A stretch of DNA of 32,095 nucleotides from Candidatus Pacearchaeota archaeon (lineage in GTDB: Archaea > Nanobdellota > Nanobdellia > Pacearchaeales > GW2011-AR1), in NCBI GenBank assembly GCA_023140635.1, contig JAGLLG010000007.1:1-32095 (forward strand), written 5' to 3'. The notes beneath the pieces were generated by a model, which was given only the letters and a program-made list of their open reading frames with translations, did no database searches and was not told where the DNA came from. This document shows positions 15,242-24,363 of this stretch, one piece after another. How positions within the stretch are numbered: position 1 is the stretch's first letter; every line of letters begins with the position of its first letter. The position numbers and the translations under genes were made by a program.

Positions 15242-15285
15242 GTTATTGTAGAAATGATTTTATAGGTTAAAGTGTTTAATATATC

Positions 15286-15663
15286 ATGAAAGAAAGAAGC
15301 ACATGGAAAAAGGAGAGTGCAAGAGACTTAATCTCGTTAGGAGGTATCCCGTTTTTTCTTTTAGTTCTCGCAAGAGTCTACTTACTTAACATCCCAGAAT
15401 ACTTTAATCAGTTCGTTTTTTCAGGAACGATATTTCTAATATTATTTTTTATCTTTAAATTAAACTTATATTCTGGGATGGGGTTCATTGTATTAATTTT
15501 CACCTCACTATTTTATTCTGAAATGACATTCTTTATATTTGGATTAATAGCCTATATTTTAGTTATCGCTTCTCTTCTTTATTTAAAGCATGACACGAAA
15601 AAAGTTTTCCTAGGAATTTTAGCCGGGATGGTTGGAGTTGCCACAGGATATTTACTGGCATAA
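15286..15663 (+). CDS. Small integral membrane protein (125 aa), hypothetical
   Basis: Four hydrophobic segments. A TTTTATAG box at 15258..15265 lies 21 nt upstream. Confidence 0.45.
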   Translation: MKERSTWKKESARDLISLGGIPFFLLVLARVYLLNIPEYFNQFVFSGTIFLILFFIFKLNLYSGMGFIVLIFTSLFYSEMTFFIFGLIAYILVIASLLYLKHDTKKVFLGILAGMVGVATGYLLA

Positions 15664-15810
15664 GCTTTAAATACCTTAATTTCTGAATAATTTTATGATT
15701 CCATCCAAAACTTAAATGTTTGGATGATGAGAATTTTGTGATTGGTTGATCACGATAAACGGCAAGTGCTATTGTTGTATATCAGATAGTTAGAGCTATC
15801 AGGAAATACT

Positions 15811-16755
15811 ATGACAGATAACAACGGAATAAGAAGCGGAAGTTTACAATTTTACCCGAGAGTTCGGGCTAAAAAAGTTATACCTAGTGTAAACTGGAAA
15901 CCTGTTTCTAAGGAAGGTATAGGGATCATGGGTTTTATAGGATATAAGGTAGGGATGATTTCTGTTTGGGCAAAAGATAATACTGAAAGTTCTTTAACGA
16001 AGAACAAGGCAATTGCTATCCCTGCAACGATCGTTGAATGTCCCTCAATGAAGATTTATTCAGTTAGATTCTATAAAAATGGAAAGGTAATGAAAGACGT
16101 TGTAATTTCAAATGATAAAGATTTAAAGAAAAGTGTAAAGGTTTCTAAGAAACTTGGAAATTTGGAAAATGTGGAAGGTTATGATGATATTAGGATTATT
16201 CTATATTCTAGCGTGAAGAAAACTAGTGTTGATAAAAATAAAACTGACTTAATTGAGGTTGGTGTCTCAGGTTCTATAGAAGAGAAATTGAATTTTATTA
16301 AAGAGAAAATCGGAAAAGAAATTTCTATTGGGGAGGTCTTTAGTGAAGGCTTGGTTGATATTCGAGCAGTTACAAAAGGCTATGGAACTCAAGGTCCTAT
16401 GAAAAGATTTGGTATTGCTCTGAAATCTCAGAAATCTGAGAAGGGACGAAGAAGACCAGGTTCTTTAGCACCCTGGCATCCTTCAAGAGTTACTTTTAGA
16501 GCACCTCAAGCAGGACAGACAGGATACCATAATAGAATTACATATAACAATTTGATTTTAAGTGTAGGGAAAATCAGCGAGAAAGATATTAATAAGAAGA
16601 GTGGATTTGATCATTACGGAGTTATTAAGACAGATTATTTAATTTTAAAAGGTTCAATTCCAGGTCCGAAGAAAAGAGGACTTATGATTACTACTGCAAT
16701 TCGACCAACTAGATATGTGGCTAAGAAAAAATTTGAGGTTATTGAATTACGATGA
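15811..16755 (+). CDS. rpl3: Ribosomal protein L3
   Basis: ..FYPRVRAK.., ..GYKVGM.., ..VTKGYGTQGPMKRFG..PGSLAPWHPSRV... Confidence 0.93.
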   Translation: MTDNNGIRSGSLQFYPRVRAKKVIPSVNWKPVSKEGIGIMGFIGYKVGMISVWAKDNTESSLTKNKAIAIPATIVECPSMKIYSVRFYKNGKVMKDVVISNDKDLKKSVKVSKKLGNLENVEGYDDIRIILYSSVKKTSVDKNKTDLIEVGVSGSIEEKLNFIKEKIGKEISIGEVFSEGLVDIRAVTKGYGTQGPMKRFGIALKSQKSEKGRRRPGSLAPWHPSRVTFRAPQAGQTGYHNRITYNNLILSVGKISEKDINKKSGFDHYGVIKTDYLILKGSIPGPKKRGLMITTAIRPTRYVAKKKFEVIELR

Positions 16756-17537
16756 AAACAAAACTATTCGACAAAACAGGAAAGGAGAAAGGTTCTATAG
16801 ATTTACCAAAGAATTTTTCAGTTAGAATCCGAGAAGATATTTTATCGAGGGTGTTTGAAGCACAGAGAGGAATTTATACTCAGGCTTATGGTGCTAAGGA
16901 AGGTGCAGGTGCTCAATATTCTGCTTCAGGAATTATCAAAAAGAAGAGGCATGATTGGAAAGCTTCTTACGGTAAAGGTATTTCTCGAGTTCCTCGGAAG
17001 GTTATGTCGAGGCATGGTGCGAGCTTTAACTGGATTGGTGCAACGGTTTCAAATACTCGTGGTGGACGAAGACCTCATGCCCCTAGAAGCGAAAAGAATC
17101 CATTTAAAAAAGTCAATAAGAAGGAGCTTTTGATTGCATTTAATTCTGCATTAGCAGGCACTATCAACGCCAAGTTTTTGGAAAAAAAGTATGGACAAAA
17201 AGTTGAATCTGGGTTTGTCTTCAATGACGAAATCTTAAAGATCAAAACTAAAGATTTTATTGCATGCATGAAAAGTGTTTTTGGCGATGCTTTTAGTTAT
17301 GTTCTGAAGCACAAGTCTATTCGGGCAGGTATTGGAAAAATGAGGGGTAGAAAATATAAATCTAATGCAGGATTATTATTTGTTATTGGAAACGATGAGA
17401 AAATGAAACAAAAAGGTATTGAGATTGTGAATATGAAGGATTTAACGATTAAGGATTTATCTCCAAATGGAGAGCCGGGAAGGTTAGTTTGTTATACTGA
17501 AAAAGCTATTAGTGAAATTGGGGGAAGGTTCAAATGA
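16752..17537 (+). CDS. rpl4: Ribosomal protein L4
   Basis: ..AQYSASG..SYGKGISRVPRK..GATVSNTRGGRRPHAP... The ATGA overlaps the L3 stop. Confidence 0.92.
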   Translation: MKTKLFDKTGKEKGSIDLPKNFSVRIREDILSRVFEAQRGIYTQAYGAKEGAGAQYSASGIIKKKRHDWKASYGKGISRVPRKVMSRHGASFNWIGATVSNTRGGRRPHAPRSEKNPFKKVNKKELLIAFNSALAGTINAKFLEKKYGQKVESGFVFNDEILKIKTKDFIACMKSVFGDAFSYVLKHKSIRAGIGKMRGRKYKSNAGLLFVIGNDEKMKQKGIEIVNMKDLTIKDLSPNGEPGRLVCYTEKAISEIGGRFK

Positions 17538-17731
17538 GGGAAGTAATGGGATTAGTTGAAGGGACTAGGGAATATCTTGCATCAGTGAGATTCCATGGTG
17601 AAAGGTTTGAAGGGACAAGAAAGTTTAGCTACTATGGACTCTGTGCATTAGCTTACCCTGTCACTGCAATAGTCGGTACTGGAGAATTTATTCTAAGTAG
17701 ATTAAAATCTGGAGGATTAGAGAGAAAATGA
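17534..17731 (+). CDS. Unknown 65-aa ORF inserted between L4 and L23, with one hydrophobic segment
   Basis: It exactly fills the 198-nt L4-L23 gap and has ATGA overlaps at both ends. The protein is MREVMGLVEGTREYLASVRFHGERFEGTRKFSYYGLCALAYPVTAIVGTGEFILSRLKSGGLERK. Confidence 0.5.
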   Translation: MREVMGLVEGTREYLASVRFHGERFEGTRKFSYYGLCALAYPVTAIVGTGEFILSRLKSGGLERK

Positions 17732-17982
17732 AAACAATAATTTTAGAAAAAATTAAGTCAACAGAAAAAATAGTTAGGCAGATTGAATCGGACAATATTT
17801 TAGTTTTCGTTGTAGACAGAGCTGTTACGAAGGCGGAGATTAAGAAAGAAGTAGAAACACTTTTCGATGTGAAAGTTACAAAGGTAAGAACACACACAAT
17901 GAAAAACAAGAAATTAGCTTATGTTAAATTAAACGCAGACTATCCTGCAGTGGATGTCGCGACTAAATTGGGGATGATGTAA
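17728..17982 (+). CDS. rpl23: Ribosomal protein L23
   Basis: ..NILVFVVDRAVTKAEIKKEVETLFDVKVTKVRT... Confidence 0.92.
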   Translation: MKTIILEKIKSTEKIVRQIESDNILVFVVDRAVTKAEIKKEVETLFDVKVTKVRTHTMKNKKLAYVKLNADYPAVDVATKLGMM

Positions 17983-17986
17983 TAAG

Positions 17987-18685
17987 ATGGGAAAAAGAAT
18001 TATTCAACAGCGTAGAGGAAGAGGCGGACATACTTACAGAGTTAGACAAAAAGCCGGGACTGTTAAACCAGGCTACCTTAGTGATATGAGTGGAGAATTT
18101 AAAGTTGTTAAATTAACTGCATCTCCAGGACATTCTATTCCAATTGCAAAACTCATGAATAAAGAAGGAAAGATCTTTGAAAATTTCGCCACGAACTTGT
18201 TATATGTGGGTCAGAATATTAAGATTGGTGGAAACAAACCAGGAGATATTGCAAGAATTGGAGATTTGAAAAATGGAGTTGAAATCTTTAATATTGAACA
18301 CAATTTTAAAGATGGTGGAAAATTTGTTAGAACTGGAGGAAATGCAGCGACGATTATGAATAAAGTAGGTAATATTGTTAAGGTTAGAATGCCGTCAAAA
18401 AAGGAAAAGAAATTTGACGTTAATTGTAGAGCAACTATCGGACGAGCTGCAGGTGATGGTAAAACTGATAAACCGATTTTAAAGGCAGGTAAAAAATTTT
18501 ATATAATGAAGTCCAAATCAAAATTATGGCCGAGAGTATCTGCGGTTAAGATGAATGCAATTGATCATCCATTCGGAAGTGGTCGAGGTAAAAGAGTAAA
18601 GAGTAAGATTGCTAAACGAAATGCGTCACCAGGTAAGAAGGTTGGTTTATTGAGGCCGAGCAGAACAGGGAGGAAGAAAAGATAA
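17987..18685 (+). CDS. rpl2: Ribosomal protein L2
   Basis: MGKRIIQQRRGRGG.., ..GGNAATIM.., ..MNAIDHPFGSGRGK... Confidence 0.95.
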   Translation: MGKRIIQQRRGRGGHTYRVRQKAGTVKPGYLSDMSGEFKVVKLTASPGHSIPIAKLMNKEGKIFENFATNLLYVGQNIKIGGNKPGDIARIGDLKNGVEIFNIEHNFKDGGKFVRTGGNAATIMNKVGNIVKVRMPSKKEKKFDVNCRATIGRAAGDGKTDKPILKAGKKFYIMKSKSKLWPRVSAVKMNAIDHPFGSGRGKRVKSKIAKRNASPGKKVGLLRPSRTGRKKR

Positions 18686-18686
18686 A

Positions 18687-19091
18687 ATGGCAGGAATATT
18701 AGTAAAGAAAAATAAGGATAGATTTTACCGAGGGAAGAATGTTGTGGAACTTAAAACCTTCAATACTCGAGAGTTCGCTAAATTAGTTAAGGCACGGGCT
18801 AGAAGATCTCTTTTAAGAAACTATGATGTCATAGAAGCATTCGTTAAGAGATGTGAAGAAAAGACTGCAAAAGATAAGGCTATTAAGACCCATAATAGGG
18901 CGTTAGTCATTGTTCCTCAATTGATTGGCAAAACTATTGGAATCTATAACGGAAAAGAATTCATTAAGGTTATAATTACTGAGGAGATGTTAGGTCACCG
19001 ATTAGGGGAGTTTTCATTAACAAGAAAAATAGCTAAACATACAAAGGTAGGTGTTGGGGCAACTAAGTCTACAACCTCTCAGGCAAAATAA
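18687..19091 (+). CDS. rps19: Ribosomal protein S19
   Basis: ..GKTIGIYNGKEFIKVIITEEMLGHRLGEFSLTRK... Confidence 0.93.
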   Translation: MAGILVKKNKDRFYRGKNVVELKTFNTREFAKLVKARARRSLLRNYDVIEAFVKRCEEKTAKDKAIKTHNRALVIVPQLIGKTIGIYNGKEFIKVIITEEMLGHRLGEFSLTRKIAKHTKVGVGATKSTTSQAK

Positions 19092-19092
19092 A

Positions 19093-19632
19093 ATGGAAGT
19101 AAAAGAAACTAAAAAACAACTAGCAAAAACCACCGAAGAATCAAAGATAGAAAAATCTTCAGAAGTTAAAGAAGAAGTGAAGACTGAGGAAAAAGTTGAA
19201 AAGAAAAAAGTGGTAGAGGTTAAAGAAATAGTAAAGAAGGATGTTGCAGTTGCTAACGGTTTTTCTTTAAGGATATCTCCTAAGCAGTCAGTCTATATTT
19301 GTAAAGCCATTCGTGGAAAGACTCCTGAAATGGCGATTATGAGACTTAATGAAGTTATCAACGAGAAGCGAGCGATTCCTATGGCTGGATTAGAAGTAGG
19401 ACATAGAAAAGGAAAAGGTCTTGCTGGAGGCAGATTTCCAAAAAATGCATGTAAAGCAATAATCGAAATTGTGAAACAAGCCGGTGCTAATGCTATCGTT
19501 GCTGGTATCGAGGATCCTGTGATTACAATAGTTAAGTCAGACAGAGCTTCAGCACCATATCGAAGGGCTGGACGGAGAGCTAAAAGAACACATATCCATG
19601 TTGAGATAAGAAACAGGGAGGCGAAAAAATAA
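19093..19632 (+). CDS. rpl22: Ribosomal protein L22 with a ~55-aa K/E-rich N-terminal extension
   Basis: The start is set at ATG 19093, just after the S19 stop. The core is ..LRISPKQSVYICKAIRGKTPEMAIMRLNEV.., and MEVKETKKQLAKTTEESKIEKSSEVKEEVKTEEKVEKKK precedes it. Confidence 0.9.
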   Translation: MEVKETKKQLAKTTEESKIEKSSEVKEEVKTEEKVEKKKVVEVKEIVKKDVAVANGFSLRISPKQSVYICKAIRGKTPEMAIMRLNEVINEKRAIPMAGLEVGHRKGKGLAGGRFPKNACKAIIEIVKQAGANAIVAGIEDPVITIVKSDRASAPYRRAGRRAKRTHIHVEIRNREAKK

Positions 19633-20318
19633 TGGAAGAAAAGAAGTTTGTAGAAGTTAGGAAAGATGAATATAATATTAAGCAGTTCGTAAAGAGGATG
19701 TTTGGAAAAGGAAAAATTTCAAAAGTTAGAATTGAATATACTCCTGTTGGTGAGAAGATTGTAGTCTCGACACATAAACCAGGATGGATTATCGGTAGAC
19801 GTGGAGAAAAAATCAATGAGTTAACAGGAATTTTAAAGAAGAAGTTTAAGATGGAGAATCCACATGTTGATATTGACGAAATTATGCATCCAGAATTTGA
19901 CGCTCAGTTAGTTGCCGACGATATTGCCCTTACACTAGAGAGATTTGGTGCAATGAAATATAAGGCATCAAGTTATCGAGCTCTTGGTAAAATTAAAAAT
20001 TCTGGAGCTTTAGGGGCAGAGTTAAGAGTTTCTGGAAAGCTACCTAGCGATAGGGCAAGATCCTGGAGATTCGCATTCGGTTATTTGAAAAAGACTGGAG
20101 ATGCTGCAAACGTCGTCGATAGAGCAGAGTCAGTTGCTCAGACCAAGCAAGGAATCGTAGGAATCAAAGTTGCAATATTAGCACCAGGAGTTAAAGTTTG
20201 TGACCAGATTAGCGTAGATGAAGACTTTATGAATGAGGTTAAAAAGAACGCGACTTTTGAAGAAGTTGAAGAAACCGTTAAGAAAATTAAAAAGAAAAGG
20301 AAGGTAACTAAAAAATAA
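19632..20318 (+). CDS. rps3: Ribosomal protein S3
   Basis: KH-domain block ..IGRRGEKINELT.. and ..GAELRVSGKLPSDRARSWRF... Confidence 0.93.
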   Translation: MEEKKFVEVRKDEYNIKQFVKRMFGKGKISKVRIEYTPVGEKIVVSTHKPGWIIGRRGEKINELTGILKKKFKMENPHVDIDEIMHPEFDAQLVADDIALTLERFGAMKYKASSYRALGKIKNSGALGAELRVSGKLPSDRARSWRFAFGYLKKTGDAANVVDRAESVAQTKQGIVGIKVAILAPGVKVCDQISVDEDFMNEVKKNATFEEVEETVKKIKKKRKVTKK

Positions 20319-20506
20319 TGGCAGAACAAACAACTACTAAGAAAAGTGGCGTCGAGAATAAAAAGATTCCTGCAAGTACAAATAAAAAAATTATAGATTT
20401 GAAGATTGAACTTTTGAAAAATCCTACGAAAAGAGGAAGGATTAAAAAGGAAATTGCGAGGTTGTTAACAATGGAAAATTTAACTAAATCGGAGAAAAAA
20501 TTGTAA
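20318..20506 (+). CDS. rpl29: Ribosomal protein L29
   Basis: Its position follows S3. ..IDLKIELLKNPTKRGRIKKEIARLLT.. fits the L29 helical hairpin. The N-terminus is atypical. Confidence 0.75.
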   Translation: MAEQTTTKKSGVENKKIPASTNKKIIDLKIELLKNPTKRGRIKKEIARLLTMENLTKSEKKL

Positions 20507-20507
20507 A

Positions 20508-20807
20508 GTGGAGATTTGCCCAAAGTGTGGATTACCGATTCCGGCTTGTGTTTGTAGCGAAATAGCTAAGACGCAACAACAGATTGATGTTCGAACTGAA
20601 AAGCGACGTTTCGGAAAAATTAACACGATAATAAGCGGTTTTGATGACGGTGTCAACATAAAAGATATCGCAAAGCAGCTCAAAATGAAAAGAGCTTGCG
20701 GAGGAACAGTGAAAAATAAAGTTATCGAATTACAAGGAAATCACCAAGGTCACATAAAACAGATTTTGATTCCGATGGGATTCAACGAGGAGCAAATTAA
20801 CGAATAA
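20508..20807 (+). CDS. Translation initiation factor aSUI1 (eIF1 family)
   Basis: GTG start. Zn-knuckle CPKCG..CVC, then ..RTEKRRFGKINTIISGF..IAKQLKMKRACGGTVKN.VIELQGNH... Confidence 0.9.
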   Translation: MEICPKCGLPIPACVCSEIAKTQQQIDVRTEKRRFGKINTIISGFDDGVNIKDIAKQLKMKRACGGTVKNKVIELQGNHQGHIKQILIPMGFNEEQINE

Positions 20808-20812
20808 ATAAA

Positions 20813-21160
20813 ATGGCAAATAAGAAAATACTAAAAGATGATGTAAAGGTTGAATGTAAAGATAGACTTTGTCCTACTCATGGAGATAGAAAGTTGAAGA
20901 TGAGGGGAAGAACTTTTGAAGGAGTTGTTGTTAAAAAATTACCTGGTCGTATCACAATTCAATTTGAAAGAATGTTAAAGTTATCTAAATATGAAAGGTA
21001 TGAAAAGCGAAAGACCAAGATTCATGCGAGACTACCTAATTGTATGAGCGATAATGTTGAGGTTGGAGATTTGATCCAAATTGCAGAGACTCGTCCAATT
21101 AGTAAGATGATCCATTTTGTTGTTTCAAAAGTAATTAAAACAAAGGAGAAAAAAGAATGA
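20813..21160 (+). CDS. rps17: Ribosomal protein S17
   Basis: ..RGRTFEGVVVKKLPGRITIQFER..VGDLIQIAETRPISK... Confidence 0.9.
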   Translation: MANKKILKDDVKVECKDRLCPTHGDRKLKMRGRTFEGVVVKKLPGRITIQFERMLKLSKYERYEKRKTKIHARLPNCMSDNVEVGDLIQIAETRPISKMIHFVVSKVIKTKEKKE

Positions 21161-21558
21161 AAGCAATAAGCGGACGAGCAACGAAGAGCATGAACATTGG
21201 AAGTATGTTGGAAGCATGTGACAATAGTGGAGCAAGAATCTGCAAGATCGTTTCGATTAAACATGGGAAGACAAGCAAGGGTCGGCAAGGTTATGCAAAG
21301 ATTGGAGACTGGGTTAAGGTTTCAGTTCGAAAAGGCAACCCTCAGATGAAGGGTGAAGTTTTCGACGCTGTTCTTGTTAGACAAAGGAAACCATGGAGAA
21401 GGAATACAGGGGAGAGAATTTGTTTTAGTGATAATGCCGTAGCACTTTTGAAGGATGAGAAAGGCAATCCAAAAGGGACGCAGATTAAGGGCACAGTTGC
21501 TCGAGAAATTCAAGAAAGATGGAAGGAGGTCGCTAAAATAGCGAAGGCAATATATTAA
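21157..21558 (+). CDS. rpl14: Ribosomal protein L14
   Basis: ..LEACDNSGARICKIV..GDWVKVSVRKG..VRQRKPWRR..G..I.F.DNA.VL... Confidence 0.95.
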   Translation: MKAISGRATKSMNIGSMLEACDNSGARICKIVSIKHGKTSKGRQGYAKIGDWVKVSVRKGNPQMKGEVFDAVLVRQRKPWRRNTGERICFSDNAVALLKDEKGNPKGTQIKGTVAREIQERWKEVAKIAKAIY

Positions 21559-21559
21559 T

Positions 21560-22024
21560 ATGAAATCAGAATTTAGCAAAACATGGAATTCAAGTAAGCA
21601 ACCTAGGAAACAGATCAAGTTTAGAGCAAACGCACCAAACCATATTAAAAGAACATTTATGGGGGCAACATTGGACAAATCTCTTAGAGAGAAATATGGT
21701 AGAAGAAGTATCGAAGTTAGGAAAGGCGATGAAGTAAAAATTATGAGGGGCAATTTTAAAGGAAAGCAAGGTAAAGTTGGAGTTGTAGATATTAAGCGAA
21801 CCAGGATTCAAGTTGATGGTATCCAGAGAACAAAGAAGGGTGGAGAAAAATTAGAAACATGGTTCAATCCATCGAAGGTTAAGATCATTATACTAAATGT
21901 AGAAGACAAAAAGAGATTGAAATCAGGAAAGAATCCTGTTAAGACTGAAATTAAAGAAACTACAACTAAAAAAATACCTGCTAAAGTAGACAAAACCGTA
22001 ACTAAATCGAGGACAAAGAAATAA
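21560..22024 (+). CDS. rpl24: Ribosomal protein L24 with K/T-rich C-terminal extension
   Basis: KOW block ..VRKGDEVKIMRGNFKGKQGKVGVVD... Confidence 0.9.
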   Translation: MKSEFSKTWNSSKQPRKQIKFRANAPNHIKRTFMGATLDKSLREKYGRRSIEVRKGDEVKIMRGNFKGKQGKVGVVDIKRTRIQVDGIQRTKKGGEKLETWFNPSKVKIIILNVEDKKRLKSGKNPVKTEIKETTTKKIPAKVDKTVTKSRTKK

Positions 22025-22025
22025 A

Positions 22026-22682
22026 ATGCACATAAAGAAAACCCAAATGCCTACAACATGGCCAATTCCACGGAAAGGAAAACGAAAGAGATTCGTAGCT
22101 GTGCCAAGTCACGCGACAAGTAAAGGTATATCTTTATTATTTTTGCTTAGGGATGTTTTGAAAATTGCTAAGACTAAGAAAGAAGCAAGGCATATGACTT
22201 TAAATGGAATGGTTAAGGTTAATAATAAAACTAGGAAGGACGTGAATTTTCCAGTACAGGTTTTTGATACAGTTAATCTTGAGAAGGCAAATTTGAATTA
22301 TAGATTAGAGATTGTCCATAAGAAATTTAGTTTAGTTAAAATTTCAGCTAAAGATGCAGAAAATAAGGTTATCAAGATTGTAGGAAAGAAGACTCTAGGA
22401 ATTAAAAAAGTTCAGATGAACCTAGACGACGGACAAAATATGATAACAAAAGAAAAATTCTCTGTTGGAGATTCGATAGTTTTGAATACTAAAGAAGACA
22501 AGATTGAAAAAATCCTCCCGTTAAAAGAAGGTGCTAATGTTGAAATTATTACAGGAAAACACGCAGGTGAAAAAGGCAAGCTTAGCGGATTTAAAGAATT
22601 GGTTCGAGGAAGAGATTATATTATTAAATTAGAGGATAAGACTGTGAGTTTACCTTACAAAACTATCTTGGTGATTGAATAA
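22026..22682 (+). CDS. rps4e: Ribosomal protein S4e
   Basis: MHIKKTQMPTTWPIPRKGKRKRFV.., and ..ITGKHAGEKGKL.. (KOW). Confidence 0.92.
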   Translation: MHIKKTQMPTTWPIPRKGKRKRFVAVPSHATSKGISLLFLLRDVLKIAKTKKEARHMTLNGMVKVNNKTRKDVNFPVQVFDTVNLEKANLNYRLEIVHKKFSLVKISAKDAENKVIKIVGKKTLGIKKVQMNLDDGQNMITKEKFSVGDSIVLNTKEDKIEKILPLKEGANVEIITGKHAGEKGKLSGFKELVRGRDYIIKLEDKTVSLPYKTILVIE

Positions 22683-23215
22683 TGGAAAACAAGATGAAAG
22701 AAATTAGATTAGAGAAAGTAATCTTAAACATTGGCGGTGTAGCTGAAAAGCTAGACAAGGGAGTTATTTTACTTGAACATATTAGCGAAAGAAAAGCTAT
22801 CCGGGTTAAGGCAACTAAAAGAATCCCTACATGGAATGTTCGACCAGGATTAGAAGTTGGAACAAAAGTAACTCTTCGAGGCAAGGATGCAATTAAAATG
22901 GTTGAGAAATTACTTCCAGCGATTGATAACACATTAAAAGAAAAACAAATTCAGAACAATTGCTTTTCATTTGGAATTCATGAATATATTGAAATTCCAG
23001 GAATTAAGTATCTTCGAGAGGTTGGAATTATGGGATTCGAAGTTACTGTTGTTTTCTCAAGAGCAGGAAAAGCCGTTGAAAAGAAAAAAGTTAAACGAGG
23101 AAAGGCACGTAGATTAACTGTTACACGAGAAGAAATTGAAAATTATCTTATAACTAAATTTAATACGAACATTTTGCGAAAGCAAGAGAAGATTGTTGAA
23201 GATGACAGCGAGTGA
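22682..23215 (+). CDS. rpl5: Ribosomal protein L5
   Basis: ..LEKVILNIGGV.., ..FSFGIHEYIEIPG..GFEVTVV... Confidence 0.93.
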   Translation: MENKMKEIRLEKVILNIGGVAEKLDKGVILLEHISERKAIRVKATKRIPTWNVRPGLEVGTKVTLRGKDAIKMVEKLLPAIDNTLKEKQIQNNCFSFGIHEYIEIPGIKYLREVGIMGFEVTVVFSRAGKAVEKKKVKRGKARRLTVTREEIENYLITKFNTNILRKQEKIVEDDSE

Positions 23216-23432
23216 TTGGAGAAAAATAACTAAGCAGCTTAGGAGTAAACCAGCTGTGCTTAGAAAGTTTTTGAAGCATAACAAACCTAAAGCTCGAGAG
23301 TTTGGAGTAGCTGCTCAAAAGTGTGAAGTTTGTGGAAGACACGGCGCACATATATCATCTTATAATCTAAATTTGTGCCGACACTGTTTCAGAGAGTTGG
23401 CAGTTGAACTTGGTTTCAAAAAATACAGTTAG
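23202..23432 (+). CDS. rps14: Ribosomal protein S14 (zinc-binding type)
   Basis: ..CEVCGRHGAHISSYNLNLCRHCFRELA... The start is set at ATG 23202 because the track start at 23193 is a TTG. It overlaps the L5 3' end. Confidence 0.85.
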   Translation: MTASDWRKITKQLRSKPAVLRKFLKHNKPKAREFGVAAQKCEVCGRHGAHISSYNLNLCRHCFRELAVELGFKKYS

Positions 23433-23441
23433 GAGAATAAA

Positions 23442-23819
23442 ATGTCACAAGATATAGTATCAGATGGATTAAATCAAATTATGAATGCAGAAAGGATAGG
23501 AAAGCGAGAGCTTACAATTAAAAGATACTCCAAAGTTTTAATCAATCTCTTAAAAATGATGAATGAGAAAGGTCATGTAGAGTATGAAGTTAATGAAGAA
23601 GAAAAGACAGTCAAGGTTAAAATTATAAAACTGAATGAATGTAGGGCTATTAAACCAAGGTATTATGCCGGTGTTGATAGCATAGATAAATATCTTAGAA
23701 GGTTTTTGCCTTCAAGGAATTTTGGTAGTTTGGTTATTTCTACAAACAAAGGTTTAATGAGTCATAAAGAAGCTATCACAGATAAAATTGGAGGAAGCGT
23801 TATCGCTTATTTCTACTAA
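23442..23819 (+). CDS. rps8: Ribosomal protein S8
   Basis: ..DIVSDGLNQIMNAERIGK.., ..ISTNKGLMSHKEA...GGSVIAYFY. Confidence 0.93.
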   Translation: MSQDIVSDGLNQIMNAERIGKRELTIKRYSKVLINLLKMMNEKGHVEYEVNEEEKTVKVKIIKLNECRAIKPRYYAGVDSIDKYLRRFLPSRNFGSLVISTNKGLMSHKEAITDKIGGSVIAYFY

Positions 23820-23820
23820 T

Positions 23821-24363
23821 ATGAATAAAGATTTATCAAGAGTTATAGAAATTCCAGAAGGAACTGAAGTTGTAATCAACGACAAGGAAGTTATTGTTAA
23901 AGGCAATGGTAACGAACTTATTAAAAAATTCGATAAGGGAAAAATTTCACTTATAGTTACAGATAACAAAATTACAATTTCGGCAAAAGGTGCAACTCGA
24001 AGGGAATCTAAGATGATTGGAACAATTTGGGCGAGTATTAATAACATGATCAAAGGAGTCGGAGAAAATTTTGTTTATACTCTTGAAATTTGCAATGTTC
24101 ATTTTCCTATGAATGTTAAAGTTGAAGGAGACCGAGTTATTATCAAATCTTTCATTGGTGAAACAGTGAATAGGATTGCAAAAATTTTGCCAAATGTTAA
24201 TGTAGATATCAAGGGGAGCCAGATAACTATTTCATCTTGCAATATAGAATCTGCCGGACAGACTGCAGCAAATTTAGAGAAGGCAACTAAGTTAACTGGA
24301 AGAGACCGAAGAATTTTTCAGGACGGAATATTTATTACAGAAAAACCTGGGAGGAAAATATAA
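23821..24363 (+). CDS. rpl6: Ribosomal protein L6
   Basis: The start is set at ATG 23821, just after the S8 stop. ..IEIPEGTEVVINDKEVIVKG.., ..FPMNVKVEGDRVIIKSF... Confidence 0.92.
   Translation: MNKDLSRVIEIPEGTEVVINDKEVIVKGNGNELIKKFDKGKISLIVTDNKITISAKGATRRESKMIGTIWASINNMIKGVGENFVYTLEICNVHFPMNVKVEGDRVIIKSFIGETVNRIAKILPNVNVDIKGSQITISSCNIESAGQTAANLEKATKLTGRDRRIFQDGIFITEKPGRKI

Noticed and set aside
15724-15730. C-box-like ATGATGA upstream of rpl3
   Set aside because: There is no downstream CTGA D box and no terminal pairing. It is probably a chance match in the hairpin flank.
19051-19092. Track-predicted upstream starts for L22 (19051), L6 (23788), S14 (23193), the lysine-rich ORF (4260), and the membrane and Zn-ribbon proteins (9318, 15223)
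   Set aside because: These extensions overlap the preceding gene or begin at non-ATG codons. ATG codons placed right after the upstream stop, or at the proper distance from an A/T box or SD, fit better.
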